Source: an uncultured Actinomycetota bacterium (GTDB lineage: Bacteria; Actinomycetota; Actinomycetes; Propionibacteriales; Nocardioidaceae). From it: 64,000 nt of DNA. This document shows positions 27,044-36,482 of the stretch, one piece after another (position 1 is the stretch's first letter; the number at the start of each line of letters is the position of its first letter). The stretch spans positions 27,026 through 91,025 of the forward strand of contig CAVXYB010000002.1 of NCBI GenBank assembly GCA_963765915.1. Direction: 5' to 3'. The translations under genes were made by a program, and so were the position numbers. The notes below the pieces were generated by a model. That model saw only the letters and a list, made by a program, of their open reading frames with translations, was not told the DNA's origin and searched no databases.

Positions 27044-27856
27044 ATGGTCCGCAAGTTGCTCAATGGACTGACGTTCGCGAATGTCTGCTCGTTCCTCGCT
27101 CTGACCATCGCGCTCGGCACCGGTACCGCCTATGCGGCCGACACGGTGTTCAGCACCGACATCGTCGACGGGGAGGTCAAGACTGTCGACCTGGCCGACA
27201 ATGGCGTGACCACGGCCAAGATCACCAACAATCAGGTCTACTCCGGGGACGTACGCGACGACACGCTTCTCAACGGGGGGCTGACCGCCGTCGACCTCGC
27301 GGCCGGCTCGGTCACGAGCAGCGAGGTCCTCGATGCCTCGCTCTCGGGCGTCGACATCTCCAACAGCTCGCTCACGGGTGACGACGTCGCCAGCTCGTCG
27401 CTCACGGGCATCGACATCTCCAACGGCTCGCTGACGAGCAGCGACATCCTCGACGAAACGCTTGGCACCACCAAGATCGCCGACGGCGGGCTCAACACCA
27501 GCGACCTGGCCATCTCGTCGGTCACCGGCAGCCGCATCGCGGCCTCGGCGGTGACGACCTCGGACATCGCCAACCGCACGGTCAACATGGACGACATCGA
27601 CGGCGCCGATCGCAGCGGCTCGATCGACGTCGGTGCCATCTCGCACGGCCGCTGCGCCACTATCACCGGCAGCGTGTCGGGCGCGGAGCCCGGTGACGCC
27701 GCCGTGCTCACGACCAACGGCACGCTCCCGAGCGGCATGACCGTCTACGCGCAGCGCGCGCTCACCGACGCGGTCCACATCAAGGTGTGCAACCTGACCG
27801 GGGCTACGTCGGCCGCGATCACGGATCTACCGGTCCGGGTCATCACCATCCACTAG
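27044..27856 (+). CDS. Secreted protein with 10-residue (S-L/V-T-x-x-D-I) repeats
   Basis: AAGGAG RBS; LTFANV..GTGTAYAA signal; repeats SVTSSEVLDA/SLSGVDISNS/SLTGDDVASS/SLTGIDISNG. Confidence 0.85.
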   Translation: MVRKLLNGLTFANVCSFLALTIALGTGTAYAADTVFSTDIVDGEVKTVDLADNGVTTAKITNNQVYSGDVRDDTLLNGGLTAVDLAAGSVTSSEVLDASLSGVDISNSSLTGDDVASSSLTGIDISNGSLTSSDILDETLGTTKIADGGLNTSDLAISSVTGSRIAASAVTTSDIANRTVNMDDIDGADRSGSIDVGAISHGRCATITGSVSGAEPGDAAVLTTNGTLPSGMTVYAQRALTDAVHIKVCNLTGATSAAITDLPVRVITIH

Positions 27857-27884
27857 CTCGGCGCGCCCGAGGGCCGAGAATGCC

Positions 27885-27918
27885 GAACGCCCTCCCGCTA
27901 ACTCCGGGGAAGGCGTTC
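27885..27918. terminator. Terminator hairpin between convergent genes
   Basis: GAACGCCCTCCCG...CGGGGAAGGCGTTC. Confidence 0.65.
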
Positions 27919-27930
27919 GTCCAGCGCAGC

Positions 27931-28581
27931 CTAGGCGTCGCCGCCGTTGTAGATGGTGATGTCGATGTCTTCGAGGTCGTCCTCGGCCTTGAAGAGCGCG
28001 TCCTCGACGTTGCGAACGTCGGTCACGGCGGTGCGGGCGGTCAGCTCCTGTGACTTTGCGACGCTAGAGTTCACGCGGGCTTCAACAGCGTCGATCTGAG
28101 CGTTGAGAGAAGCACGCTCCTCGGGGCTGAACGTGTCGTCGGCGGCGAGGTTCTCGCGCACCTGGGCAACGACCCAGAGCACATCCTCGGACAGGTCCAG
28201 CAGGTAGGCGCTGTCGGTGTAGTTCTCAGCGTGGAACGTCTTGAGGCGCTTCTGGACCCTCTTGATGGTCGCGGGCTTGTGGGTCCTCTTGACGATCTTG
28301 GTCATCTTGGCGAGCGCGGTACGGTCAGCCCTGATGTTGCTGAGCACGACGGACTGATTCTCCGCGCTCAGGTTGGTGACCTGTCCGCTCTTGGAGATCC
28401 GGACCAGAGTCTGGTCGGCCACCTTGATCAGGCTGAGCGCCAGCTTCTTGCTGGTGACGGCACGGCTGTGCGTCCCGAGGTCGCCGGAACCCTCATGGCC
28501 AGCGGCGATGGCAGGTGCGGCAATGCCGACGGTGAGGACGGCGGCGGCAGCAGCCGCAGCGATACGGAGGGGGCTCTTCAT
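27931..28581 (-). CDS. Secreted alpha-helical hypothetical protein
   Basis: GGAG RBS; MKSPLRIAAAAAAAVLTVGIAAPAIA signal; helical body. Confidence 0.78.
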   Translation of the reverse strand: MKSPLRIAAAAAAAVLTVGIAAPAIAAGHEGSGDLGTHSRAVTSKKLALSLIKVADQTLVRISKSGQVTNLSAENQSVVLSNIRADRTALAKMTKIVKRTHKPATIKRVQKRLKTFHAENYTDSAYLLDLSEDVLWVVAQVRENLAADDTFSPEERASLNAQIDAVEARVNSSVAKSQELTARTAVTDVRNVEDALFKAEDDLEDIDITIYNGGDA

Positions 28582-28917
28582 GTCTGGGTCTCCAAAGAGT
28601 TCGGGGGATTCGGAGGACTTCGGGGGTGCTGCGTGTTTCCGCGCCGGGGGGTGCGGAGGTTCACATCGGGGCCGGTAGCGGGTTGGCTGACCGCGGTCGG
28701 GGTGAAGGGCCGAAGAAACAGGTGTACGCCAAGGCGCGTCCCTGCTCGGCTCAGACCGAGGCGGACCGATGTGCATCTACGTTAGCGGCGATGTCGGCCC
28801 ACCACGCGGGCTTCAAGATTTCCGTGTCATTGGTCTGGAGACTTGGCTGGTTTCGCGCCCGGGCGCGCGTGGGCTCGGTCGTTCCTGGTACGCGACTACC
28901 TCGGCTGGGGCGCAGGT

Positions 28918-29280
28918 TCAGAACGACGAGCTGGGTGCGTCGAGATGCTCCAGCAGCCGGAGCTCGTCGCGCAGCCGGTAGGGCATCGGTGCGCCTTCCT
29001 CGGTCAGCGCGGACTCGTAGGCCCGCAGGGCCACGACGAGTCGGTGCTGGGCCATCCCGAGGTCCAGGCGCGTGATCGGCCGCTGGCGCCGCTCGCGGTG
29101 GAGTGCGACTCGAGCGAGGACCACGTCGGTGAGCAGGTCCCGCAGTGATCCGCGCAGTGATCCGCCGGCCGGTTCCACGGTCACGTCCCTTCGGCACCGG
29201 CTTGGTCGAGTCCGAGGGGACACGGGGGCCTGGTGCACTTCTGTCCACAGTACCCTCTCCGCCCTCCGGTCGATGTCCAT
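28918..29280 (-). CDS. Small hypothetical protein
   Basis: Protein-like C-terminus LVVALRAYESALTEEGAPMPYRLRDELRLL; start uncertain. Confidence 0.5.
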   Translation of the reverse strand: MDIDRRAERVLWTEVHQAPVSPRTRPSRCRRDVTVEPAGGSLRGSLRDLLTDVVLARVALHRERRQRPITRLDLGMAQHRLVVALRAYESALTEEGAPMPYRLRDELRLLEHLDAPSSSF

Positions 29281-29293
29281 GGCGGCCGCCAAC

Positions 29294-29346
29294 GTGCAAC
29301 ACACGGGTTGCATTTGGTTGAAGCAAGTGCAACCATAGAGTTGCAT
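29294..29346. promoter_or_regulatory. Twin palindromic operators, probably for the ArsR regulator
   Basis: GTGCAAC-N6-GTTGCAT at 29294-29313 and 29327-29346, upstream of the SRPBCC-ArsR operon. Confidence 0.75.
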
Positions 29347-29369
29347 TCATGCACAAGAGAGGACCGGCC

Positions 29370-29819
29370 ATGACGCAGACCGACCAGGAGCTCGACCGGA
29401 TCGAGCGAAGCATCGACATCGACGCCACTGCGGAGAAGGTGTGGTCGCTCATCGAGCGGCCGGGGTGGTGGATCAACGAGCACGACGTCGACCCGGACCC
29501 GGAGATCCGCAGGGACGGCGACTACGACGTGGTGGTGCACCCCAAGTTCGGCGAGTTCCGCCTGCAGACGCTCACGAGTGATCGCCCGCGCCACATCGCC
29601 TACCACTGGGTGGACAACGTGGCGCCCGAGGCCGGGACAACGGTCGAGTTCTGGATCGAGGAGCGCCTGGGGGGTGTCACCCTGCGGGTGGTCGAGAGCG
29701 GCTTCACCGGCCTGAAGAAGGATCGCGAGGCCATCGCTCACCAGGTCGAGGAGAACACGCACGGCTGGGAGGCCGAGCTCGAGGCGGCGAAGCGGTTCGT
29801 CACCGGGACCGCGACATGA
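29370..29819 (+). CDS. SRPBCC/AHSA1 domain protein
   Basis: IERSIDIDATAEKVW, TTVEFWIEE, LRVVESGF, NTHGW. Confidence 0.9.
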   Translation: MTQTDQELDRIERSIDIDATAEKVWSLIERPGWWINEHDVDPDPEIRRDGDYDVVVHPKFGEFRLQTLTSDRPRHIAYHWVDNVAPEAGTTVEFWIEERLGGVTLRVVESGFTGLKKDREAIAHQVEENTHGWEAELEAAKRFVTGTAT

Positions 29820-30127
29820 CGCGGACGCTGACTCCGGTGTTTGCCGCATTGGGCGACGACACCCGCTGGTCGATCCTGGCCAGGCTCGGCGAGGGCCCGG
29901 CCTCGGCGTCGGCGCTGGCACGGGAGTTCCCGATCAGCCGGCAGGCCATCGTCAAGCACCTCGACGTGCTGCGGGCTGCCGGCCTGGTGGAGTCGGAACA
30001 GCGGGGGCGCGAGCTCGTGCATCGCGCCCTGGGCGGTCGGCTCAGTGACGTGGCTCGGGAGCTCGAGAAGATCGGCAGCGCCTGGGAGTCCCGCCTCGCC
30101 TCCATCAAGCGGCTGGCCGAGGGCTGA
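29816..30127 (+). CDS. ArsR/SmtB family regulator
   Basis: FAALGDDTRWSIL, SRQAIVKHLDVL..AGLV. Confidence 0.92.
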   Translation: MTRTLTPVFAALGDDTRWSILARLGEGPASASALAREFPISRQAIVKHLDVLRAAGLVESEQRGRELVHRALGGRLSDVARELEKIGSAWESRLASIKRLAEG

Positions 30128-30130
30128 GAC

Positions 30131-30454
30131 TCAGGACCGGGTACGCCGTACCCGCCGCCGCAGCTGGAGAATCCGCAGGGTCCCGGCAATGCCGGCCAGG
30201 AACAGTCCGGCCACGGCGGCGATGAGGATCGCCACCGCGACCGGCACCTCACCGTCCCAGGCCAGGAACGACACGGTCGTCTCGCGGGTGTTCTGCGCGA
30301 TGAAGATGATCAGCAGTATCAGCACGATCCCCAGGGAGATGACCGCGGCCCAGAAGCCACTGGTGCGCGAGCCGCGGAGCGGGTCCTTCCCGTCCCGGCG
30401 GTCCAGCTCCTCGCGGAGCAGCTGTTCGCGAGCGGGGTCACGGTCGTCGGCCAT
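30131..30454 (-). CDS. LapA (DUF1049) family membrane protein
   Basis: Two TM segments around IFIAQNT..VSFL.W; basic tail. Confidence 0.85.
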   Translation of the reverse strand: MADDRDPAREQLLREELDRRDGKDPLRGSRTSGFWAAVISLGIVLILLIIFIAQNTRETTVSFLAWDGEVPVAVAILIAAVAGLFLAGIAGTLRILQLRRRVRRTRS

Positions 30455-30480
30455 GGCGTGACGGTACCCGCGTCCTGTCC

Positions 30481-31320
30481 TCAGCCCGCTGCGACGAGCG
30501 CGATCGACACCGCGCACAGTGCCAGCCCGAATCCCTGGGCGCGGTGGACGTGCTCGCGCAACACCAGCGCCGCGAGCAGCACCGTGAAAGCCGGGTACAG
30601 CGAGACCACCACCGCGGTCACGGTCAGGTGGCCGCCGCGGCTGGCCACCATGAACAGCCCGGTGGCCAACGCCCCGAGCAGTCCGCTCACGACGCCCAGC
30701 GCGGCAAGGGGCTCTCGGGGCAGCCACGGCCGGCGGAGAGTCACGGCGACCGCCACGATCGCCACCCCGGCCACCGCCTGGTTGAGCGCAAGCGGCAGCA
30801 GCCCGGAGTCCTCCGAGACCCGGGACAACGCCACGAAGAGCGTTCCGAACCCGAGTCCGGCCAGTACGCCGTCCATGAGCCCGGCCGAGCCGGAACCCAC
30901 CGACAGTGCGGGCTCAGGGGGCTCACGCGAGACGAACCAGATCGCCGGGAATGCCACCGCGATGCCTAGCCAGACCACCACACCCGGACGTTCACCGAGC
31001 AGCAGCCCGACGACCACGGGGACCAGGACCGCCCCCACCGCCGACGCGGGCGCCACCACGCCCATCCGGCCCGAGGCGAGCCCGCGGTAGAGGAACGCCG
31101 TGCCCAGTCCGTTGCCGAGGCCGGCCAGCAGCGCCCACGCCAGGTCCGCGCCGGAGGGCCGGCCACCCGTCGGGAGCGCGATCAGCAGCGTCACCAGCGC
31201 GCCGCCGGCCTGCGCGGTGAGCGCGACGGTCCAGGCGCTGACGCGCTTCGAGACCCATCCGCCGTTGAAGTCCGCCAGCCCGTACGACGCGGCCGCCAGC
31301 AGCGAGAGGAGCACCGTCAC
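30481..31320 (-). CDS. EamA/DMT family transporter
   Basis: ~10 TM; YRGLASGRMGVVAP, SLYPAFTVLLA..LREH. Confidence 0.9.
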   Translation of the reverse strand: MTVLLSLLAAASYGLADFNGGWVSKRVSAWTVALTAQAGGALVTLLIALPTGGRPSGADLAWALLAGLGNGLGTAFLYRGLASGRMGVVAPASAVGAVLVPVVVGLLLGERPGVVVWLGIAVAFPAIWFVSREPPEPALSVGSGSAGLMDGVLAGLGFGTLFVALSRVSEDSGLLPLALNQAVAGVAIVAVAVTLRRPWLPREPLAALGVVSGLLGALATGLFMVASRGGHLTVTAVVVSLYPAFTVLLAALVLREHVHRAQGFGLALCAVSIALVAAG

Positions 31321-31793
31321 GTGACGATCACGCCGGCGATCCACACGAGCGTCGCCGCCACCCCCGCCACGAGCTCGATGAGGATGCTCAGCCCGACCGC
31401 ACGCAGCGCCTGCTTGGTCGACGGCCACGCGGCAGCGGATCCGACCCGGCGGTACTCGGCCAGGTAGACACCCAGCACGAAGCCCAGGAACAGTCCGATC
31501 ACCGGCACCACGAAGAAGCCGACGATGCCGAGCCCGGCACCGATCCACTGTGTCGACGCCGGGATGCCGGCGTCCTTGAGCCGCCGGTTGGGGACGAGGT
31601 ACTTCACGACCCCGCCGGCCACCAGGAGCACTGCGGCGACGGCGAACACCGCCCACGCCGTACTGCCGCCGACGTCCCATGCCCAGACCAGGACGGCGCC
31701 GAGGACCAGGATCGAGCCGGGCAGCACCGGCACCAGGATCCCGACCAGCCCCACCGCGATCGCCAGGGCGACCAGAACCTCGACGCCGCTCAT
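31317..31793 (-). CDS. DUF456 membrane protein
   Basis: GILVPVLPG, GFFVVPVIGLFLGF..YLAEY. Confidence 0.88.
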   Translation of the reverse strand: MSGVEVLVALAIAVGLVGILVPVLPGSILVLGAVLVWAWDVGGSTAWAVFAVAAVLLVAGGVVKYLVPNRRLKDAGIPASTQWIGAGLGIVGFFVVPVIGLFLGFVLGVYLAEYRRVGSAAAWPSTKQALRAVGLSILIELVAGVAATLVWIAGVIVT

Positions 31794-31813
31794 TCGGGGA
31801 GCCTTTCACACGG

Positions 31814-31850
31814 CAGAAGGCCCCGGATCCTGAGGATCCGGGGCCTTCTG
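31814..31850. terminator. Terminator hairpin
   Basis: CAGAAGGCCCCGGATCC-TGA-GGATCCGGGGCCTTCTG. Confidence 0.85.
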
Positions 31851-31871
31851 AAGACTGGGTGGTGGACCGGG

Positions 31872-32102
31872 TCAGCGCTCTCCGGCCGGCGCCGACGGGC
31901 TAGTCTGGATCAGCCGGTCGGTCTCGTCGATGACGGTGACGGCGATCTCCTTGAGCTTGTCGCCGTGCTCGCGAGCGTGGTGGGCACAGAAGAGGAGCTC
32001 TCCACCGGACTGAAGCTCCACGCGGAGGTAGGCCTGGGCGCCGCAACGGTCGCAGCGGTCCGCTGCTGTCAGCGGTGAGCTGGGTGCAAGTGCAGTGTTC
32101 AC
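31872..32102 (-). CDS. Small conserved Zn-binding actinobacterial protein
   Basis: LTAADRCDRCGAQAY..LLFCAHH; typical neighbour of the topo IV B gene. Confidence 0.85.
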   Translation of the reverse strand: MNTALAPSSPLTAADRCDRCGAQAYLRVELQSGGELLFCAHHAREHGDKLKEIAVTVIDETDRLIQTSPSAPAGER

Positions 32103-32136
32103 GACGGCCTCATTTCTCTCTCGGTGTCCTTGGTGC

Positions 32137-32163
32137 AACGTAGACGGGGTCCCCAAAGATTCC
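32137..32163 (-). promoter_or_regulatory. SigR/SigH-type promoter
   Basis: GGAAT-N19-GTT upstream of the small Cys/His protein. Confidence 0.5.
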
Positions 32164-32448
32164 CCCGAACGTGTCCCTCCGACACCTCAATCCAACCACG
32201 GAAGGTTGTTCCGACCCCGTTGGTGTCCCCTCGTGGGACCAGTGTGTGGTCTAGGTAACGCCCTCGGAGGTAGAACGGTGAAGCCTGTGCATTTGTTATC
32301 TGCGGCCCTGCAGGTGTGATGCCTTTCTCGTCACGGTAGACCCGGTCATGGCAGGCGTGCCTCCATGCTGCGTCGGCGTGTCGTGAGTAGATTCGACTCT
32401 GACCCGTCCACTGGATTTCGCGCAGTCACCACAACCCTGGAGTACCCG

Positions 32449-34506
32449 ATCGACACCGCGTACAACGCCGCACACCTTCTGGTCCTGGAGGGCCTCGAGG
32501 CGGTCCGCAAGCGGCCCGGCATGTACATCGGCTCCACCGACACCCGCGGGCTCATGCACTGCCTGTGGGAGATCATCGACAACGGCGTTGACGAGGCGCT
32601 GGCCGGCGCAGCTCACCATGTCGAGGTGACGCTGCACCCCGACGACTCCGTCGAGGTCCACGACGACGGACGCGGCATCCCGACCGACAAGGAGCCTCGC
32701 ACGGGGCTGCCGGGCGTCGAGGTGGTCGCCACCAAGCTGCACGCGGGTGGCAAGTTCGGTGGCGGCTCCTACGTCGCCACCGGAGGCCTGCACGGCGTCG
32801 GGCTGTCAGTGGTCAACGCGCTGTCGGCACGGATGGACATCGACGTCGACCGGTCGCCGTCCCGGCAGGGCATCTCGTTCCGCCACGGACTGCCTGGTGT
32901 CTTCAACGGCGACGGACCCGCGGCGTCGTTCACGGAAAAGTCGGGGCTCACCCGCAAGGGCGGGCGGGTGGCCAAGGGCCGCACCGGCACCCGGATCAGG
33001 TTCTGGCCCGACCGGCAGGTCTTCACCAAGGATGCCCGCTTCGTCTACGAGGACATGCTGGGGCGAGCCCGGCAGACGTCGTTCATCGTGCCCGGCCTCG
33101 AGCTGGTGATCCGCGACCTGCGCGGCCCGCAGATGGTCGAGGAGAAGTTCCGCCACGACGGCGGGATCGCCGAGTTCACCGACTACCTCGCTTCCGACGA
33201 GCCGGTCACCGAGATCCTGCGGCTGCAGGGCACCGACACCTTCACCGAGACGGTGCCGGTGCTCGACGCCAAGGGGCACATGACCCCACAGGAGGTCGAG
33301 CGCGAGCTCCAGGTCGACATCGCGGTGCGGTGGGGGACCGGCTACGAGACCGAGCTGCGCTCGTTCGTCAACGTCATCGCCACGCCCAAGGGCGGCACCC
33401 ACGTCAGTGGCTTCGAGCAGGCGCTGGTGCGCACCTTCAACGACGCCATGAAGGCCGCCAAGGTGCTCAGGGTCAACGACGACGACGTCACGAAGGACGA
33501 CGTCCTCGAGGGGCTGACCGGGGTGGTGACGGTCCGGCTGGCCGAGCCGCAGTTCGAGGGTCAGACCAAGGAGATCCTGGGGACGCCCCAGGTCCGCGCC
33601 AGCGTGCGCAAGGTCGTCTCTGCCGAACTCAAGAAGTTCCTCACCTCGACGAAGCGGGCCGAGAAGGCGCAGGCCCGGTTGGTGATGGACAAGGTCGCGG
33701 CGGCCGCCAAAACCCGCATCGCCGCCCGGACCCATCGCGAGACCCAGCGTCGGAAGAACGCGCTGGAGTCCTCGGCGCTGCCCGCCAAGCTGGCCGACTG
33801 CCGGGCGACCGACGACCGCACCGAGCTCTTCATCGTCGAGGGTGACTCGGCGCTGGGCACCGCCAAGGTGGCGCGCAACTCCGAGTTCCAGGCGCTGCTG
33901 CCGATCCGCGGCAAGATCCTCAACGTCCAGAAGGCCTCGGTCGGCGACATGCTCAAGAACGCCGAGTGCGGCTCGATCATTCAGGTGGTCGGGGCCGGCT
34001 CCGGACGCACCTTCGACATCGAGGCGACCCGCTACAACAAGATCATCTTCATGGCCGACGCCGACTCCGACGGCGCCCACATCCGCTGCCTGCTCGCCAC
34101 GCTGTTCTTCAAGTACATGCCCGAGCTCGTGCACCAGGGCCGCGTCTACACCGCCGTACCCCCGCTGCACCGCATCGAGATCTCCAACCCCAAGAAGGGG
34201 ACGGACAAGTACGTCTACACCTACTCCGACGACGAGCTGCAACGAAGGCTGGCCGAGCTGTCGAAGAAGGGGATGTCCTGGAAGGAACCGGTCCAGCGCT
34301 ACAAGGGGCTCGGCGAGATGGACGCCGACCAGCTGGCCGAGACGACCATGGACCCTCGCCGGCGCACCCTGCGCCGGATCACCGTCGACGACGCCGAGGC
34401 CGCCGCCGAGGTCTTCGAGCTGCTGATGGGCTCGGACGTCGGGCCGCGCAAGGACTTCATCGTCCAGGGCGCCTACGAGATCGACGCGGACGCACTCGAC
34501 GCCTGA
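32449..34506 (+). CDS. parE: DNA topoisomerase IV subunit B (GyrB-like)
   Basis: LEGLEAVRKRPGMYIG, EIIDNGVDE, GLHGVG, VEGDSA, PIRGK, DADSDG, RYKGLGEM; start uncertain (ATC 32449, CTG 32437 or upstream GTG/ATG). Confidence 0.9.
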   Translation: MDTAYNAAHLLVLEGLEAVRKRPGMYIGSTDTRGLMHCLWEIIDNGVDEALAGAAHHVEVTLHPDDSVEVHDDGRGIPTDKEPRTGLPGVEVVATKLHAGGKFGGGSYVATGGLHGVGLSVVNALSARMDIDVDRSPSRQGISFRHGLPGVFNGDGPAASFTEKSGLTRKGGRVAKGRTGTRIRFWPDRQVFTKDARFVYEDMLGRARQTSFIVPGLELVIRDLRGPQMVEEKFRHDGGIAEFTDYLASDEPVTEILRLQGTDTFTETVPVLDAKGHMTPQEVERELQVDIAVRWGTGYETELRSFVNVIATPKGGTHVSGFEQALVRTFNDAMKAAKVLRVNDDDVTKDDVLEGLTGVVTVRLAEPQFEGQTKEILGTPQVRASVRKVVSAELKKFLTSTKRAEKAQARLVMDKVAAAAKTRIAARTHRETQRRKNALESSALPAKLADCRATDDRTELFIVEGDSALGTAKVARNSEFQALLPIRGKILNVQKASVGDMLKNAECGSIIQVVGAGSGRTFDIEATRYNKIIFMADADSDGAHIRCLLATLFFKYMPELVHQGRVYTAVPPLHRIEISNPKKGTDKYVYTYSDDELQRRLAELSKKGMSWKEPVQRYKGLGEMDADQLAETTMDPRRRTLRRITVDDAEAAAEVFELLMGSDVGPRKDFIVQGAYEIDADALDA

Positions 34507-34519
34507 GAGGACGGTCAGC

Positions 34520-34915
34520 ATGGCGGACGCGCTCGACGACCTCACCGAGGCCATGGCCGCCTTCGACAGTGCGGTGGTGCACCGGGATGCCGCCCTGGCG
34601 GACTCGGTGCTGCACCACGGTTTCGAGCTCGTCCTCGTCCACCCCGCTCCGGCCCGGATGCCCCGGAGCCGCTGGCTCGACGTTCTTCCGGACTACGTGG
34701 TCGACTCCTTCGAAGTCCTCCAGACCCAAGTCGACGTGGACGAGGACGTGGCGGCCGTCCTGCGACGGGTCCTCATGACCGCGACGGTCCTCGGTCAGGA
34801 CCGGTCGGGGTTGTTCGTGATCAGCGACGTCTGGCGTCGCACCGACTATGGGTGGCGGGTGTGGAGGCGACACTCCAGTCCTCTCGAGGCCGGAGTCATA
34901 CCCGGAGCCGACTGA
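34520..34915 (+). CDS. NTF2-like (DUF4440) protein
   Basis: GAGGA RBS; ISDVWRRTDYGWRVWRRHSS. Confidence 0.8.
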   Translation: MADALDDLTEAMAAFDSAVVHRDAALADSVLHHGFELVLVHPAPARMPRSRWLDVLPDYVVDSFEVLQTQVDVDEDVAAVLRRVLMTATVLGQDRSGLFVISDVWRRTDYGWRVWRRHSSPLEAGVIPGAD

Positions 34916-34942
34916 CCTCGTCGTCTGACCGCCCGCGGATGC

Positions 34943-35899
34943 TCACGGCTGCGGGTGCGTGGCCAGCCAGCGCGCCACCGGCACCGGTCTGTTCTGGTGG
35001 TAGCCGACCGACAGCCGCACGTCGCCGCGGGAGGTCAGGTAGTAGATGTCCCAGTGGTAGTAGCCGTAGAAGGCGCGCGGGCGGTGCTCCATGACCTTCG
35101 CCAGATGAGTGACGCCGCGGACGTAGCGGGTGTCGTTGTTGTAGCGGAACAGCGCGTCGTCGAGGCGGCCGGGGCGGGCTCCGCCGTCGTGGGCGAGATA
35201 CCGGGCGGCAGCCAGGATCGAGTCCTCCGGATCCCGGATGTCGCCGCGGCCCCACCTGGCCCAGGTCGTCGGCAGGAACTGCATCGGTCCCTGGGCGCCG
35301 GCCACCGACGTGCCACGGATCCGGCCCATCCCGGTCTCGACCAGGTTGATGGCGGCCAGGTACTCCCAGCCGATGTCGTAGGCCCGTTCGCCGCGCTTGT
35401 AGAAGCGCAGCAGCTGTTCCGCGGGCACCGGCGCGACGATTCGCCAGGCCGGCAGCGTGTCGGACAGGTCGCTGTGCATCGCCCGGAACTCGCGGCGCGA
35501 GGCGACGTTGTCGCGGACCACGCGACGCAGGGAGGGCGGTACGCCGGCCAGCACGGTCGCGTCCCAGCCGGGGCGGGCACCGAGCTCGCGGTAGACGAGC
35601 TGCTGGATGCGCGCGGCCCGGACCAGCTCCTTCACGTCCGTGGCCGGGTCGGCGATGGTGTTCTCGGCCACGACGAGCAGACGCAGCGCCTGTTTCGCGG
35701 TGCGCGGGCGCTTCGGACCCCGGGCGGGCGATGCTGCGTCCTCGGTGGCCGGCTCGTCGGTGGCCAGCGTTTCGGGAGTCGGCGACTCCTCGCTCTGGGC
35801 GCGCGCCGGGTCCTGCGTAGCGTCGTCAGTGCACGCGGTCAGCGCAGCGGCGGCCAGCACGGCAGCCAGCCAGCTCGACACCACGCGCGCACGTCCCAC
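34943..35899 (-). CDS. Lytic transglycosylase lipoprotein
   Basis: Lipobox LTAC; LAAINLVET, GAQGPMQFLPTTW, AAARYL, YNN. Confidence 0.88.
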   Translation of the reverse strand: MGRARVVSSWLAAVLAAAALTACTDDATQDPARAQSEESPTPETLATDEPATEDAASPARGPKRPRTAKQALRLLVVAENTIADPATDVKELVRAARIQQLVYRELGARPGWDATVLAGVPPSLRRVVRDNVASRREFRAMHSDLSDTLPAWRIVAPVPAEQLLRFYKRGERAYDIGWEYLAAINLVETGMGRIRGTSVAGAQGPMQFLPTTWARWGRGDIRDPEDSILAAARYLAHDGGARPGRLDDALFRYNNDTRYVRGVTHLAKVMEHRPRAFYGYYHWDIYYLTSRGDVRLSVGYHQNRPVPVARWLATHPQP

Positions 35900-35936
35900 G
35901 CCCGCCAGCCTAGGGACGTGGTGGTGGCTGGCCGGG

Positions 35937-36443
35937 TCAGAACTTCTGCTCGAGCAGCCCGGTGTCGACGTCGTACATGAACCCGCCCACGACCACCGAC
36001 TTCGGGATCAGTGGGTGGGTGCGGACCTTCTTGACGTCGTCCTCGAGCGCGGCCAGCTGGTCGTCGACGACGCTGAAGAACTGCCAGTCGGCGTCCACTC
36101 CCGCCGACTCGCCGACCTGGTCGCGCAGCTCCTGCTGGGTGCTGGCCGTCATCGCGCAGCGGGTGTGGGGGACGATCAGGATGCGCTCGACGTGGAGCAG
36201 GTGTGCGCCGAGCACCAGCGCCTCGAGCGCCTGGGGGGTGACCCGGCCGCCGGGGTTGCGGAAGATCTTGGCGTCGCCCGGCTTGAGGCCGACCATGTTC
36301 AGCGGGTCGAGCCGGGAGTCCATGCACGTCACGATGGCGACCCCGGCGTGCGCGATGCCATCGAAGCCGCTCAGGTCGAACGTCGCGGCGAACGTCCGGT
36401 TCGCGGCCAACAGGTCGTCGAACTCGCCAGATTGCTGTCCCAC
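35937..36443 (-). CDS. Beta-class carbonic anhydrase
   Basis: TCMDSR, RNPGG, HTRC, YDVDTG. Confidence 0.92.
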   Translation of the reverse strand: MGQQSGEFDDLLAANRTFAATFDLSGFDGIAHAGVAIVTCMDSRLDPLNMVGLKPGDAKIFRNPGGRVTPQALEALVLGAHLLHVERILIVPHTRCAMTASTQQELRDQVGESAGVDADWQFFSVVDDQLAALEDDVKKVRTHPLIPKSVVVGGFMYDVDTGLLEQKF

Positions 36444-36482
36444 GCGGCGGAACGCTAGCGGGTGTGACGACCTCCCCAGCGG

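Noticed and set aside
25810-29280. Prophage or ICE downstream of rpoD
   Set aside because: Accessory-looking secreted genes only; no integrase, structural genes or flanking repeats found.
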